Source: Lepidodermella squamata | Lineage: Eukaryota > Animalia > Gastrotricha | Length of the DNA stretch: 64,000 nt | Assembly (NCBI GenBank): GCA_047495785.1 | Contig: JBLDXI010000011.1 | Span: 310,001-374,000, forward strand | Direction: 5' to 3' | Notes under the pieces: generated by a model | The model's database searches: none | What the model was told of the DNA's origin: nothing | The model's input: only the letters and a program-made list of their open reading frames with translations | Shown: piece after piece, positions 1 to 11,931 of the stretch | How positions within the stretch are numbered: position 1 is the first letter of the stretch | Layout of the letters: every line of letters starts with the position of its first letter | Made by a program: the position numbers and the translations under genes

Positions 1-64
1 TCGTCCTCCGTAGGCATGTGATGTTAATATTAGAGAGTAGAAAAAAGGCCTTACCCGTGAGGGT

Positions 65-1255
65 TTAGGGGACGGCTGACGACAGGCGATCGGCTTCAGG
101 GGCCGACAGATCGGTCGCGAACAACCTGCTTTTGCCCAAAAATTCATAATTTTCGATGCTATTACACACTAATTGCCATTCTTCCCGGTCTCTGGCAGTT
201 ATTTCCGCTAATTCTAGATCCGCAATTTTGTGAATTTCAGTGCGTCGCATTAACAGGGTCGACTTACGGGGTCTCCCGCGTCTAACTGGCTCGTTTGGGT
301 TTTTAATATATTTCACATGAATATCGAACAAACCAATTTTAAGAAGACTCCTTTTCAAGCTATCGGTCCAGCGGGTTGGCGGTTTACCGCGAGGCAAGTA
401 CCAACTCGGGTCGGCCGCTTTCCAATGATATATGGCATTCGTGAGACTTTCAGTGTCATACTCGTCTTGGCGAATAATGTGCCCGAAATATTTCAAACGA
501 TGCTTTTCAATCATTTTACTTAATTCCAAAACGTCACAGATCAATCTAATATCGATGTTAGGTATATAATCTGTTCTAAAAAATCCCATAATGGTTCTGA
601 GCCAGCGCATGAAAGTGACATTTAACCTTTGTTCCTGCTTAGTAGTTGGGTTCCAGGTTTCACAGGCGTAGGTGACGGTAGGAATTACCACACATTTTAA
701 AACTTTCAATTTTGTGGCTAGGCTTATATGTTTTCTGTTACACATCAGCTTGTTAAGAGCACCAAAACAGCTGCCAGCTTTCGCGAGCTTTGATTTCCTC
801 GTCCATTTTACCGTCTGATGTGATTATACTACCTAAATATTTAAAAGATGTAACTTTCTCCAATAATTTTCCATCTAGTTCCAGTTGATAATTGTTATCC
901 TCACCGATCACCATATACTGGGTTTTGCTAACACTAATTTTCAGACCAAGCTCCTGGCAGGCCTTGTTGAAGACATCAAGTAGTAATTTAATTTCCTCGT
1001 GGCTCATACCAATTAAAGTGCCGTCATCTGCAAATGCTATCAGATTCAAAAGCTGCTTACCAGTGATGGGGAAGCCACCCGGGGTGTCCCTCAATTTTTG
1101 ACAAATTTTATCGAACGTCGCGATAAAGAGTAGCGGGGACAGGGGGCAGCCCTGTCTTAAGCCCCTCCTTACCCAGGGCCCTCCTTACCACGAAAAAGTC
1201 CGAGAGCTTATTGTTAATCCTAACCGCTACCTTGTTCGCTCTAGCTATCCCGTGT
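65..1255 (-). mobile_element. 5'-truncated, frameshifted non-LTR retrotransposon (RTE-like LINE) reverse transcriptase and C-terminal region
   Basis: Minus strand reads GLRQGCPLSPLLF...LIAFADD...GLKISVSKTQYM...VTSFKYLGS, then after a frameshift near 770-780 VIPTVTYACETW...RLKYFGHIIR...RGKPPTRWTD, typical RTE-clade motifs. Confidence 0.9.
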
Positions 1256-1318
1256 CAACTTATTTATTTATTTATTTAACGGGTGCTTCGAATGGGTGTC
1301 ATACGCGTTACAAAAGTA

Positions 1319-2035
1319 GGTCGTGTGACATTTCCGTCCCGGCAATTCCGCTGGTGAACTTTGCGTCCCGACTTTTCCGCCCAAGACATTACAGCCAGCG
1401 ACTATTCCGCCCACGACGTTTCAGCCAATAATTAAAAATAATTTGTCGAATTTCTTGATAAACACCTAGGGGCGTTGATGACGCGAAGAAAATAATTTTA
1501 ATCTGAGAATAAGATGCGACTTTTCAGCTCACGACCCTAAAGCCCGCGGCCTAACCTTGCTAACTGCCACATCTCCTTCTCTGCTCGACTATGCTTAATT
1601 AATCAATTCGAGATTATAGCAATTCCATTCGCAATTCGCAATTCGGTTGTACTACTCTTGTTATTAGCGAGCAATGAGATCGAACTTCGATCTCTATGTT
1701 AGCAAAAGTCCTCTTGCTATTAAATTACCAATAGAACTTATGGCATAAATTTGTTCCTTTGCCCTAAGCGCCTATGTCGCATGTCGCATTTCTCAAGTTG
1801 CACCTAATAAATAGATTAATTAATTTATACCTGGGGCTCTTGTGTCGTTGGCGTTATTCTCGCGAGCTCACATGTCGTGGGCGTATGAGTCGCTAGCTCA
1901 AATGTCGTGCTTATTGGCTCAATAGTCGCGCGCGTAATTGTCGTTGACAAATTTGGGCTGAAATGTTTTTGGGCGGAATAGTCGGGACGCAAAGTTTAGG
2001 GACGCTAAAGTCGCGACCGGAATTGTCGCCACACC
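1319..2035. mobile_element. Non-autonomous DNA transposon with imperfect TIRs, ~15-bp subterminal repeats and 8-bp TSD
   Basis: Left end ggtcgtgtgacatttccg; right end reverse complement ggtgtggcgacaattccg; CAAAAGTA directly flanks both ends (1311-1318, 2036-2043); gact(a/t)ttccgccca-type repeats inverted at the two ends. Confidence 0.8.
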
Positions 2036-2210
2036 CAAAAGTAAATTGACACCGCTTCGAATTTCCTGTTGTTGTCCAGTGCCATGTGCCAGGTGCCAGT
2101 CTTGTGTAAATTTGAGCAGGCCTGCGACGCATGAGTGATATCGCTCGAATCCGAATCGACTGCGGACTGGGCGAGAATAATCTTGTTCTATATCTTGTTA
2201 TATATATATA

Positions 2211-2425
2211 CCGTATTACCCCGCTTAATACGACACCCCGTTGCGCCACTTTGAAGGGATACCCACTAATCCCCTTGACCCCCAACGAGGAAACACCTCG
2301 TCTTAACGCTCAATCATGGTTGGGCGCAGCTTACGCGATGGTTTCCGATGTTCAAATACTATCCCCCATAATAGTGGAGAGGGTCAAAGTGGCGCAACGG
2401 GGTGTCGTATTAAGCGGGGTAATAC

Positions 2426-2427
<2 letters not shown>
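2211..2427. mobile_element. MITE with perfect 44-bp TIRs inserted in a (TA)n tract (Tc1/mariner/pogo-like)
   Basis: ccgtattaccccgcttaatacgacaccccgttgcgccactttga at 2211-2254 and its exact reverse complement ending at 2427; TA repeats on both sides. Confidence 0.9.
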
Positions 2428-2456
<29 letters not shown>

Positions 2457-2459
<3 letters not shown>

Positions 2460-2683
2460 AAATATTTTATCACCCAACTCGCTCTCATCGTGGCCGTAGC
2501 ATGTTCAATGCAGCCCTGGATCTTCCTGTGTGGCCGCAGCCAACGTGTGCGACTCCACCTCAAAAACCTGCGTCGCTAAGGGTAGTGGGTCGTCGTGCTC
2601 GAGCGATCAGACGTGCGCACCGCCCGCCAATATCTGCAACGCCTCGGCTAATAACTGCATCGCAAAGACGGCTAGTCAGTGCT
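2457..2683 (+). pseudogene. Fragment of a secreted Cys-rich tandem-repeat protein
   Basis: Signal-like LKYFITQLALIVAVACS starting at TTG next to the TA tract, then a frame change to CVAAANVCDSTSKTCVAKGSGSSCSSDQTCAPPANICNASANNCIAK; cut off where the duplicated block begins. Confidence 0.4.
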
Positions 2684-2893
2684 ATAAACAAGCTATAAAT
2701 GATAAACAAGCCAAATATCCAAGCTGCTTTCATTCGTAAATAAAACGAAAATGATTGCTGGTAGTTTCAATCGTTATATCTGTTGCATTGAAATTTGAAC
2801 GCCCCTGAGAAAGTGCCAAATGGTATCGAAAGCACCGCAGGTAAGCAAAGAGTTATCATTACCCACGTCCACGGGGTAATGAAGATAATATTT

Positions 2894-3115
2894 CAAGCTA
2901 AATGATTGATTGATCAGTTCCAAGGTCTGCTGCCGGACCTGCCTGATTACGGGCTGAAAACTCTGGCTGAAAATGCTGCTGACAACGCCGGTCTTAAGTT
3001 CTCCTATGCAGCTTTCAAGAAGGCTTTCGGCGAGGATGGCTTCAAGAAATACGAAGTCCCTGTGTTCCGTTGACTAACGACCAAATATATTGGCAACAGC
3101 AGCAGCAAAGCTGCC
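2894..3115 (+). pseudogene. Neprilysin-family (peptidase M13) C-terminal fragment, copy 1
   Basis: QAK*LIDQF...GLKTLAENAADNAGLKFSYAAFKK...LTNDQIYW matches the M13 TLGENIADNGGL..AY.AY region; internal stop where Cys is expected and a downstream frameshift. Confidence 0.75.
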
Positions 3116-3507
3116 GCAGTAGCGCCGGGGGGAACCTTTGAGACTGACGAGAACAATGATGGTAGTTCTACCTGTAAACTATCGGGTTAGGCCTGAATCG
3201 ATAAGTGGATAACTAGGCCGGACGAGCGTATAGAGCGAGAAATTACGGAACTGAAATGTTCTCAAATTTCTGTGGGAGTTAATTGCGAAAGCGGCTAATA
3301 CAGCGATAGCTAATGATTGGCCGGCAAGAAAAAATCGGCCAATCATTAGCCCATCAAAGGATTTATGATTTTTTTTATTTCAAAGAAGCAAAAGCTTGTG
3401 TTGCAAAACTACAATAAAAAGTAAAAGCAGTAAGGCTCAGTGGATCTCAGTTGAAAATGCTGATACTATAAAGCTATTTTCCCGTTTAGGATTAATGACA
3501 GCACTGC

Positions 3508-3936
3508 TCATCCCGATCGCTTGGTCGTTGTTGTCGTCCGTTTGCCACACACGCATCGAGATCCAATTCCGCACCACGTCGAAGCGTCATTTGTCGCCGT
3601 GCTAGCTTGGCATGATCCAAAGTCCCACGGTCCTCCCTTCGCGCAGCCTTTCGTGCAGTACGAGTTGCAATCGCAGCAGTCTTTCCGCACGCAGTTCAGG
3701 GATTTCCAGGCGGCACGGATGCACCGGTTGTCGCAAGACCTGTTGGGCCGGTCGCCGCATGATATCTTGTAGGCAACTTAGATTTCAGGCTGCGTAAAAA
3801 GCAGAGACACGTCGAGGGCGGCCAAATCGCTTGGGCATGCCTTGGCAACGTAATACATGAAATCGTCGACAGCATCACCAGCAGCCAGGTTGGGGCCGCA
3901 TACAACAGCGAGTAGCAAAAGCGCAGCAACCTTCAT
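3508..3936 (-). pseudogene. Secreted Cys-rich peptide precursor (CSab/macin-like Cys spacing) interrupted by one in-frame TAA at 3778-3780
   Basis: MKVAALLLLAVVCG signal peptide; the same frame continues past TAA into ISCGDRPNRSCDNRC...DCCDCNSYCTKGC...GSC...WCGIGSRCVCGKR; TATAAAA about 45 nt upstream. Confidence 0.65.
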
Positions 3937-3977
3937 TTTCCAGCAGTTGAATGTTGGAAAGCTCATCATCGGCCAGC

Positions 3978-3984
3978 TTTTATA
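3978..3984 (-). promoter_or_regulatory. TATA box of the Cys-rich peptide gene (also 8265-8271 in copy 2)
   Basis: gcTATAAAAg on the minus strand 42-48 nt upstream of the ATG at 3936. Confidence 0.6.
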
Positions 3985-4735
3985 GCCGAGATGTTTCGGC
4001 GGGCTTCATTCTGGAAGCTTCGTCGAGCTCTTCCCCTTCCCCCTTCCTTACTATGATGTTTGACAAATATCTATTTCGTTAGATATTGTCAGCATACACA
4101 CAGCGTAATAGCGGCAACTAACCTGAGCCAGCTATGCTTTTTACATGCTATTCGTTTCGGTTTAAAAGCTGCCAGGTTTTTCAAAAATATATTTTCACAC
4201 GCTACTCGCTACTCCTTTAACATTTAACACACAGATTCATATGCCAGGTATCTATTTTCGTTAATTCTGTCGCTTGTTAAGTGCCATGATCCGACAGCCA
4301 ACGGCGGTTTTTATTCTAGATTCCTGTTGCATTTCGTAAAATTAAATAGACAGGCAATTTATACCTACGTTGTAAAATATACACGTTAAATTGAAGAAAA
4401 AATGTGAATACTATGAAAATTAATCCTAATAGCATCAGTACCGGGAGTCAAATGACTTATACAATATCACAGTTAGGTGGCCAACCTTTGATGAATATTA
4501 TTGATGAATTCAAGTTTGATGAAACTTCTGTATTCATATCGGCCCGAGAAACGCTTGAAGATTATGAATGTCATAGTCGGCATATTAACTGCATGACCGT
4601 CTAAAAAAACCAATTAATTGCCTCATTTGTTTTATTTCACGCGCAAGACTCAATCAATGAATGGTTGTGCTGCACTGCTCACTCGTCTTACTTCAACTCG
4701 CCGATATTACAGCATTAATCGCTGATTTTAAGGAT

Positions 4736-5068
4736 TCATATGGGGTAGCATAAAACGAACACAAAATACTTCTTGTAAACGCCAGGCATGCCATTGTATG
4801 TGCAGGGGTCGCCCGCTTTCTGACGAGCGGCTTCTTGCGGCTCAGCAACGGATTCGCGGCTCTTCGCGTCGCCAGTGTGCTTCGGGGCCTTGCTTGCGTG
4901 ATGATTCTTATGATCGCGATGAGGGCCTTTCCCGTTGCTTGGAATTGACAGAGCAACAACGACAACTGCAGCCTGTTAGGGGAAAATGAAATTAATTTTA
5001 AGCTAAATTGAGAGGACGGATAGAAGTCGTATTACCAAAACGGCCATGTATAGAGCGAGTTTCGCCAT
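4736..5068 (-). CDS. Secreted prepropeptide, 89 aa, single-disulfide mature peptide; exons 5068-5036, 4972-4736 (copy 1)
   Basis: MAKLALYMAVL|AAVVVVALSIP...AEPQEAAR-QKAGDPCTYNGMPGVYKKYFVFVLCYPI*; GT-AG phase-0 intron at the same position as in the divergent paralog at 11932-12205. Confidence 0.8.
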
Positions 5069-5755
5069 GACGATTAGAGATGTGAAGACTGGGAATATTC
5101 AACTTTTCTCAAAGATGAAAGGTTTACAATGATCTTAGCATGGCTGAGCATCTCGAAAACGACTTTTAAATAAACACGACTGATAATGAACTCATCAAAG
5201 TTATTTTCGAGAAATTTGTCATCGGCTTTGACCGGCTGATTCAACAAAATGAGTAGCCGGGCGATGCTGTAAGCCATTAAAATTAGCCGGTACAACCCAC
5301 GCTTTTGTGTTGAATTGTTGATTAATATTGGACAACAATTTGAGGCCGGTAGACAAATTTGTACTAAAAAGGGACATGGAACATTGATGTTTTGTAATTA
5401 AAATTAATTTCCTAATCTCATTTCTATTTCAGCTGAGATTATGGCTGGAAGTATGGCTCGTAAATGAATAAATAAATAAATTACCCATTCGCGGCGGGAT
5501 TTTTGTTCAACCTGATATTGGTGACCGGTGGCGGCCCCGCCAAGCTTAACGTTGAAATAAGCGTTCGAAATAAGCATTAAGAAACGTTGTCATTTCGCTT
5601 CTGAACGATTAAGAATGATTTAACAACCCATGACTATTATTAATGCGTGCGCGTGTTGGTGAATCCGCTTCACAATAAAGCAACAACATTTTATTGTAAA
5701 TATACAGCCAACAACAGAGTCACTTATAAATCGATTTAATAGACAACAACAAATT

Positions 5756-6340
5756 CTAAAATCTGTCTAAATATAATATTTTGGCTATTATCTTTGGTTG
5801 TGGGAGGTCTTGAAATTCACTGCAAATTTCTTGAATTAATTTATTAATTTTGATATAATTTGGGACACGTCGGCGCATTTGGTCGACCTTAGCAGCAGCG
5901 TCGGTGTCCTCGTCACGCAGAAGAGCGACCAGGTTCCAGAGAGCCAACCGACGGCCATGGGCCAATTCATTGAATTTTGAATTGTTACCCTCCCGGTTTT
6001 CCGCTCCTTCACCTCGAGCCGCAAGGCCATAGTGTCGTGATGAACGGCCAACCCTTAATTATTAATGTTGAATTTAATTATATTCTTAAAAGTTGAAGAA
6101 GCAATTAATTTGGTGTTTCCGCCTTGATAATTGAGGTGGCATGGGCCGTCATTGCTTTTCCTACGTTATCAAGCGTGCCATTGTCACGGGTGTAGATTTC
6201 CGCAGTGCCGCGTGTTCTTCGATTGAGTAAACATCGCCAGAATGGCCGGCCATTCTTCATTTTAGCCTCGCGATAGTGTCTGTCGTGGTAGCACAGCAAA
6301 GGTCGGCCTTTGGTTGTACCCGATTGGTAGATCTTATGTT
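5756..6340 (-). mobile_element. Internally deleted Mutator-like (MULE) transposase remnant with FLYWCH-like N-terminus
   Basis: TTKGRPLLCYHDRHY...PFWRC (FLYWCH-like) and LWNLVALLRDED...NYIKINKLIQ resembling the MULE transposase C-terminus; an inverted partial copy lies at ~9888-10170. Confidence 0.6.
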
Positions 6341-6473
6341 CAAATTCAACTTGCAGCGAAAAACATGCAGAAAAACGCGAAATTTGAATTTCTCGTTTAC
6401 TTTTCCAGGGGGGAGCTGCAAATAAGCGTCAGAATCAACTGATACCTAAGGCTATACTGATACTTTATTTCAG

Positions 6474-6910
6474 CCGTCGACCGCTGCAGTGAATACTTTC
6501 CCTTCATTTGAGGCCTGCTGCAATGCTGCGAAGGGAGCTGATGGCTTAGTTTACGAGATAATTCCCGGCTTTCCGCCTGTGTCAGCTTGCATCTCGAATA
6601 TGGGCGAGACGAAACCTTACAAAATTTCGGCCGCGAACATGGCTGGAACTCCGAATGCATTTTGCTTCCGATTTCCTCTAACCTACGCGGAAGAGTCCCA
6701 CGTTTCCGTTATTAGATTGCTGGTATGATTTTGAGGGTCGCGTACGTATGCTTATTGTCAATTTCGCTTGCAGAGTACGAACCCTCCGCGTTCACGTACG
6801 AGGCATCAACTTTCCTTGGCTGCTGCTTGCTTATGACCACCGGAACTGTGACGGCCGCAACCACGGGCAGTGCCTACGGGGTTTCTGGCTTTGAAATCTG
6901 CAGTAAGTGA
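6474..6910 (+). pseudogene. 3' exons of an uncharacterised Cys-containing protein (F.ACC-motif family), 5' part missing
   Basis: PSTAAVNTFPSFEACC...FCFRFPLT...|..STFLGCCLLM...AYGVSGFEICSK*; clear paralogs at 37042-37653 and 41874-42420 with the same intron positions. Confidence 0.6.
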
Positions 6911-7180
6911 AGTGGCCCATTGCTGCCTTTGCAAAACGTTTTTGATGCAGCAACTTACTCAACAAGCACTAAGCTCGAAGTAGAAATTATAAACAAGCCA
7001 AATATCCATGCTGCTTTCATTCGTAAATAAAATGAAAATAATTGCTGGTAGTTTCAATCGTTATATCTGTTGCATTGAAATTTGAACGCCCCTGAGAAAG
7101 TGCCAAATGGTATCGAAAGCACCGCAGGTAAGCAAAGAGTTATCATTACCCACGTCCACGGGGTAATGAAGATAATATTT

Positions 7181-7402
7181 CAAGCTAAATGATTGATTGA
7201 TCAGTTCCAAGGTCTGCTGCCGGACCTGCCTGATTACGGGCTGAAAACTCTGGCTGAAAATGCTGCTGACAACGCCGGTCTTAAGTTCTCCTATGCAGCT
7301 TTCAAGAAGGCTTTCGGCGAGGATGGCTTCAAGAAATACGAAGTCCCTGTGTTCCGTTGACTAACGACCAAATATATTGGCAACAGCAGCAGCAAAGCTG
7401 CC
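7181..7402 (+). pseudogene. Neprilysin-family (peptidase M13) C-terminal fragment, copy 2
   Basis: Duplicate of 2894-3115. Confidence 0.75.
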
Positions 7403-7794
7403 GCAGTAGCGCCGGGGGGAACCTTTGAGACTGACGAGAACAATGATGGTAGTTCTACCTGTAAACTATCGGGTTAGGCCTGAATCGATAAGTGGATAAC
7501 TAGGCCGGACGAGCGTATAGAGCGAGAAATTACGGAACTGAAATGTTCTCAAATTTCTGTGGGAGTTAATTGCGAAAGCGGCTAATACAGCGATAGCTAA
7601 TGATTGGCCGGCAAGAAAAAATCGGCCAATCATTAGCCCATCAAAGGATTTATGATTTTTTTTATTTCAAAGAAGCAAAAGCTTGTGTTGCAAAACTACA
7701 ATAAAAAGTAAAAGCAGTAAGGCTCAGTGGATCTCAGTTGAAAATGCTGATACTATAAAGCTATTTTCCCGTTTAGGATTAATGACAGCACTGC

Positions 7795-8223
7795 TCATCC
7801 CGATCGCTTGGTCGTTGTTGTCGTCCGTTTGCCACACACGCATCGAGATCCAATTCCGCACCACGTCGAAGCGTCATTTGTCGCCGTGCTAGCTTGGCAT
7901 GATCCAAAGTCCCACGGTCCTCCCTTCGCGCAGCCTTTCGTGCAGTACGAGTTGCAATCGCAGCAGTCTTTCCGCACGCAGTTCAGGGATTTCCAGGCGG
8001 CACGGATGCACCGGTTGTCGCAAGACCTGTTGGGCCGGTCGCCGCATGATATCTTGTAGGCAACTTAGATTTCAGGCTGCGTAAAAAGCAGAGACACGTC
8101 GAGGGCGGCCAAATCGCTTGGGCATGCCTTGGCAACGTAATACATGAAATCGTCGACAGCATCACCAGCAGCCAGGTTGGGGCCGCATACAACAGCGAGT
8201 AGCAAAAGCGCAGCAACCTTCAT
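7795..8223 (-). pseudogene. Second copy of the secreted Cys-rich peptide precursor with the same in-frame TAA (8065-8067)
   Basis: Duplicate of 3508-3936. Confidence 0.65.
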
Positions 8224-9022
8224 TTTCCAGCAGTTTAATGTTGGAAAGCTCATCATCGGCCAGCTTTTATAGCCGAGATGTTTCGGCGGGCTTCATTCTG
8301 GAAGCTTCGTCGAGCTCTTCCCCTTCCCCCTTCCTTACTATGATGTTTGACAAATATCTATTTCGTTAGATATTGTCAGCATACACACAGCGTAATAGCG
8401 GCAACTAACCTGAGCCAGCTATGCTTTTTACATGCTATTCGTTTCGGTTTAAAAGCTGCCAGGTTTTTCAAAAATATATTTTCACACGCTACTCGCTACT
8501 CCTTTAACATTTAACACACAGATTCATATGCCAGGTATCTATTTTCGTTAATTCTGTCGCTTGTTAAGTGCCATGATCCGACAGCCAACGGCGGTTTTTA
8601 TTCTAGATTCCTGTTGCATTTCGTAAAATTAAATAGACAGGCAATTTATACCTACGTTGTAAAATATACACGTTAAATTGAAGAAAAAATGTGAATACTA
8701 TGAAAATTAATCCTAATAGCATCAGTACCGGGAGTCAAATGACTTATACAATATCACAGTTAGGTGGCCAACCTTTGATGAATATTATTGATAAATTCAA
8801 TTTTGATGAAACTTCTGTATTCATATCGGCCCGAGAAACGCTTGAAGATTATGAATGTCATAGTCGGCATATTAACTGCATGACCGTCTAAAAAAACCAA
8901 TTAATTGCCTCATTTGTTTTATTTCACGCGCAAGACTCAATCAATGAATGGTTGTGCTGCACTGCTCACTCGTCTTACTTCAACTCGCCGATATTACAGC
9001 ATTAATCGCTGATTTTAAGGAT

Positions 9023-9355
9023 TCATATGGGGTAGCATAAAACGAACACAAAATACTTCTTGTAAACGCCAGGCATGCCATTGTATGTGCAGGGGTCGCC
9101 CGCTTTCTGACGAGCGGCTTCTTGCGGCTCAGCAACGGATTCGCGGCTCTTCGCGTCGCCAGTGTGCTTCGGGGCCTTGCTTGCGTGATGATTCTTATGA
9201 TCGCGATGAGGGCCTTTCCCGTTGCTTGGAATTGACAGAGCAACAACGACAACTGCAGCCTGTTAGGGGAAAATGAAATTAATTTTAAGCTAAATTGAGA
9301 TGACGGATAGAAGTCGTATTACCAAAACGGCCATGTATAAAGCGAACTTTGCCAT
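9023..9355 (-). CDS. Secreted prepropeptide, copy 2; exons 9355-9323, 9259-9023
   Basis: Same structure as 4736-5068; signal MAKFALYMAVL. Confidence 0.8.
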
Positions 9356-10496
9356 GACGATTAGAGATGTGAAGACTGGGAATATTCAACTTTTCTCAAA
9401 GATGAAAAATTAACAATGATCTTAGCATGGCTGAGCATCTCGAAAACGACTTTTAAATAAACACGACTGATAATGAACTCATCAAAGTTATTTTCGAGAA
9501 ATTTGTCATCGGCTTTGACCGGCTGATTCAACAAAATGAGTAGCCGGGCGATGCTGTAAGCCATTACAATTAGCCGGTACAACCCACGCTTTTGTGTTGA
9601 ATTGTTGATTAATATTGGACAACAATTTGAGGCCGGTAGACTAAAAAGCGTACTAAAAAGCGACATGGAACATTGATTTTTTGTAATTAAAATTAATTTC
9701 CTAATCTCATTTCTATTTCAGCTGAGCTTTCCAACGATATTATGTCACCTGGATGTATGGCTCATAAATAAAAATAGTCACTTATAAATCGATTTAATAT
9801 TTCATAGAAAACGTTGTCATTGTGAGCCTGAACGATTAAGAATTATTTAACTTGCGCAACCCATGACTATTATTAATGCGTGCGCGTGCCCATGGCCGTC
9901 GGTTGGCTCTCTGGAACCTGGTCGCTCTTCTGCGTGGCGAGGACACCGACGCTGCTGCTAAGGTCGACCAAATGCGCCGACGTGTCCCAAATTATATCAA
10001 AATTAATAAATTAATTCAAGAAATTTGTACTGAATTTCAAGACCTCCCACAACCAAAGATAATAGCCAAAATATTATATTTAGACAGATTTTAGAATTTG
10101 TTGTTGTCTATTAAATATTAAATCGATTTATAAGTGACTCTGTTGTTGGCTGTATATTTACAATAAAATGTTGGGTTATTTTTTTTATTTATGAGTCATA
10201 CATCCAGGTGACATAATATCGTTGGAAAGCTCAGCTGAAATAGAAATGAGATTAGGAAATTAATTTTAATTTTACCGGCTAATTGTACTAGCTTACAGCA
10301 TCGCCCGGCTACTCATTTTGTTGAATCAGCCGGTCAAAGCCGATGACAAATTTCTAGAAAATAACTTTGATGAGTTCATTATCAGTCGTGTTTATTTAAA
10401 AGTCGTTTTCGAGATGCTCAGCCATGCTAAGATCATTGTTAATTTTTCATCTTTGAGAAAAGTTGAATATTCCCAGTCTTCACATCTCTAATCGTC

Positions 10497-10829
10497 ATGG
10501 CAAAGTTCGCTTTATACATGGCCGTTTTGGTAATACGACTTCTATCCGTCATCTCAATTTAGCTTAAAATTAATTTCATTTTCCCCTAACAGGCTGCAGT
10601 TGTCGTTGTTGCTCTGTCAATTCCAAGCAACGGGAAAGGCCCTCATCGCGATCATAAGAATCATCACGCAAGCAAGGCCCCGAAGCACACTGGCGACGCG
10701 AAGAGCCGCGAATCCGTTGCTGAGCCGCAAGAAGCCGCTCGTCAGAAAGCGGGCGACCCCTGCACATACAATGGCATGCCTGGCGTTTACAAGAAGTATT
10801 TTGTGTTCGTTTTATGCTACCCCATATGA
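10497..10829 (+). CDS. Secreted prepropeptide, copy 3 (inverted duplicate); exons 10497-10529, 10593-10829
   Basis: Reverse complement of copy 2; intact ATG, GT-AG intron and TGA. Confidence 0.8.
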
Positions 10830-11931
10830 ATCCTTAAAATCAGCGATTAATGCTGTAATATCGGCGAGTTGAAGTAAGACGAGTGAGCAGTGCAGCACAA
10901 CCATTCATTGATTGAGTCTTGCGCGTGAAATAAAACAAATGAGGCAATTAATTGGTTTATTTAGGTATACAGAAGACGGTCATGCAGTTAAAAGGCCGAC
11001 TATGACATTCATAATCTTCAAGCGTTTTTCGCTTGTAGATGCGGCAGCAGGGAGATTTTAACCTGTTAATTCAGCCAGTCATTCTTGGGTTTTATGCAAT
11101 GACTTCTGTCGTACATAGAGAGATCCGTGCCGAAACCAATCGCAAGTTCGAACATGGTTCGATAAATGCCAAAATCATAGTAGCTGCTGATCAACGGGGA
11201 AAACGGTGAAAACTTCCCAAATGATTTCACTACCATGGCAATGAAATTTCTAACACACCTATGCTTCATTGACATCGAGATAATTTGCGAACAGGGTGCG
11301 AAGTACAGGGGTGCTGCATGGGACATACCAGGACGCCGCGCCTACCAGGACTCTCCAACTCCACTACTCTTTGAACCACTAGTAACAATACCACTAGTTC
11401 TTCTCATGAGAAACTGCATTTAAAGAAAAAGTGAAATAGAAAGATATACATGAGATATTTGTGAGGAAAATTGCGCTATGGAGATTAAGAGTGGTCACCT
11501 TTTTAACTTCCGGGATTTCTTGAGCTCAATCCAAAAATCTACTGCGTTAAGATGGTCCTTAGTCACTTTAGGCTTGGATAACCCTGGCCTGCGATTTAGG
11601 CCCGCGTGTACCGTCATCACAATGTGAACACCAAGATCGCCAACATTTACAGGCAAACAAGGACGAAAGTTTGCATGTTCACTGATTTTCACGCATAACC
11701 ATGGTGAACAAGATTTCACCCCATTATTTAAACACTCTTAAGTATGGTAGGATCCGCAAATATCAGGCGCAGAGAGAAAAAGAAATTCCATTCATTTTTA
11801 TTCAAAGCTGAATCCTGCGTAAGGCATAACAACTTTACCACTCAATGAACTGAAAGAGTATACATTTTTCTCAACTTTTTGCGCAACGCTCATACTGTTC
11901 GAAAGCATATTATATTAGCAGGATGCACCGA

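Larger units (their letters stand above)
2702..5437. repeat. Segmental tandem duplication, copy 1 (~2.7 kb)
   Basis: Near-identical to 6989-9727 at offset 4287; ORFs recur at that offset (e.g. 3396 vs 7683). Confidence 0.95.
6989..9727. repeat. Segmental tandem duplication, copy 2
   Basis: Near-identical to 2702-5437 with scattered substitutions. Confidence 0.95.
8836..11027. repeat. Large inverted repeat: arms ~8836-9775 and ~10182-11027, spacer ~400 bp holding an inverted MULE fragment
   Basis: Right arm is the reverse complement of the left, with a ~115-bp deletion; ORFs are mirrored (8980-9252 minus vs 10600-10872 plus). Confidence 0.9.

Noticed and set aside
1340-2030. Regularly spaced short repeats resembling a CRISPR array
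   Set aside because: Eukaryotic context, no unique spacers, no cas genes; they are subterminal transposon repeats.
1911-2579. ORFs of 87-124 aa overlapping the MITEs
   Set aside because: They run through TIRs and the TA microsatellite (YIYIYI); no coding signature.
4693-4989. Track ORFs 4693-4965 and 4798-4989 and their copies
   Set aside because: Wrong frame or strand; the frame conserved with the paralog at 11932-12205 is the spliced prepropeptide.
11066-11760. Possible decayed glycosyltransferase-like coding remnants (VNVGDLGVH)
   Set aside because: Similarity too weak and fragmented to support a call.
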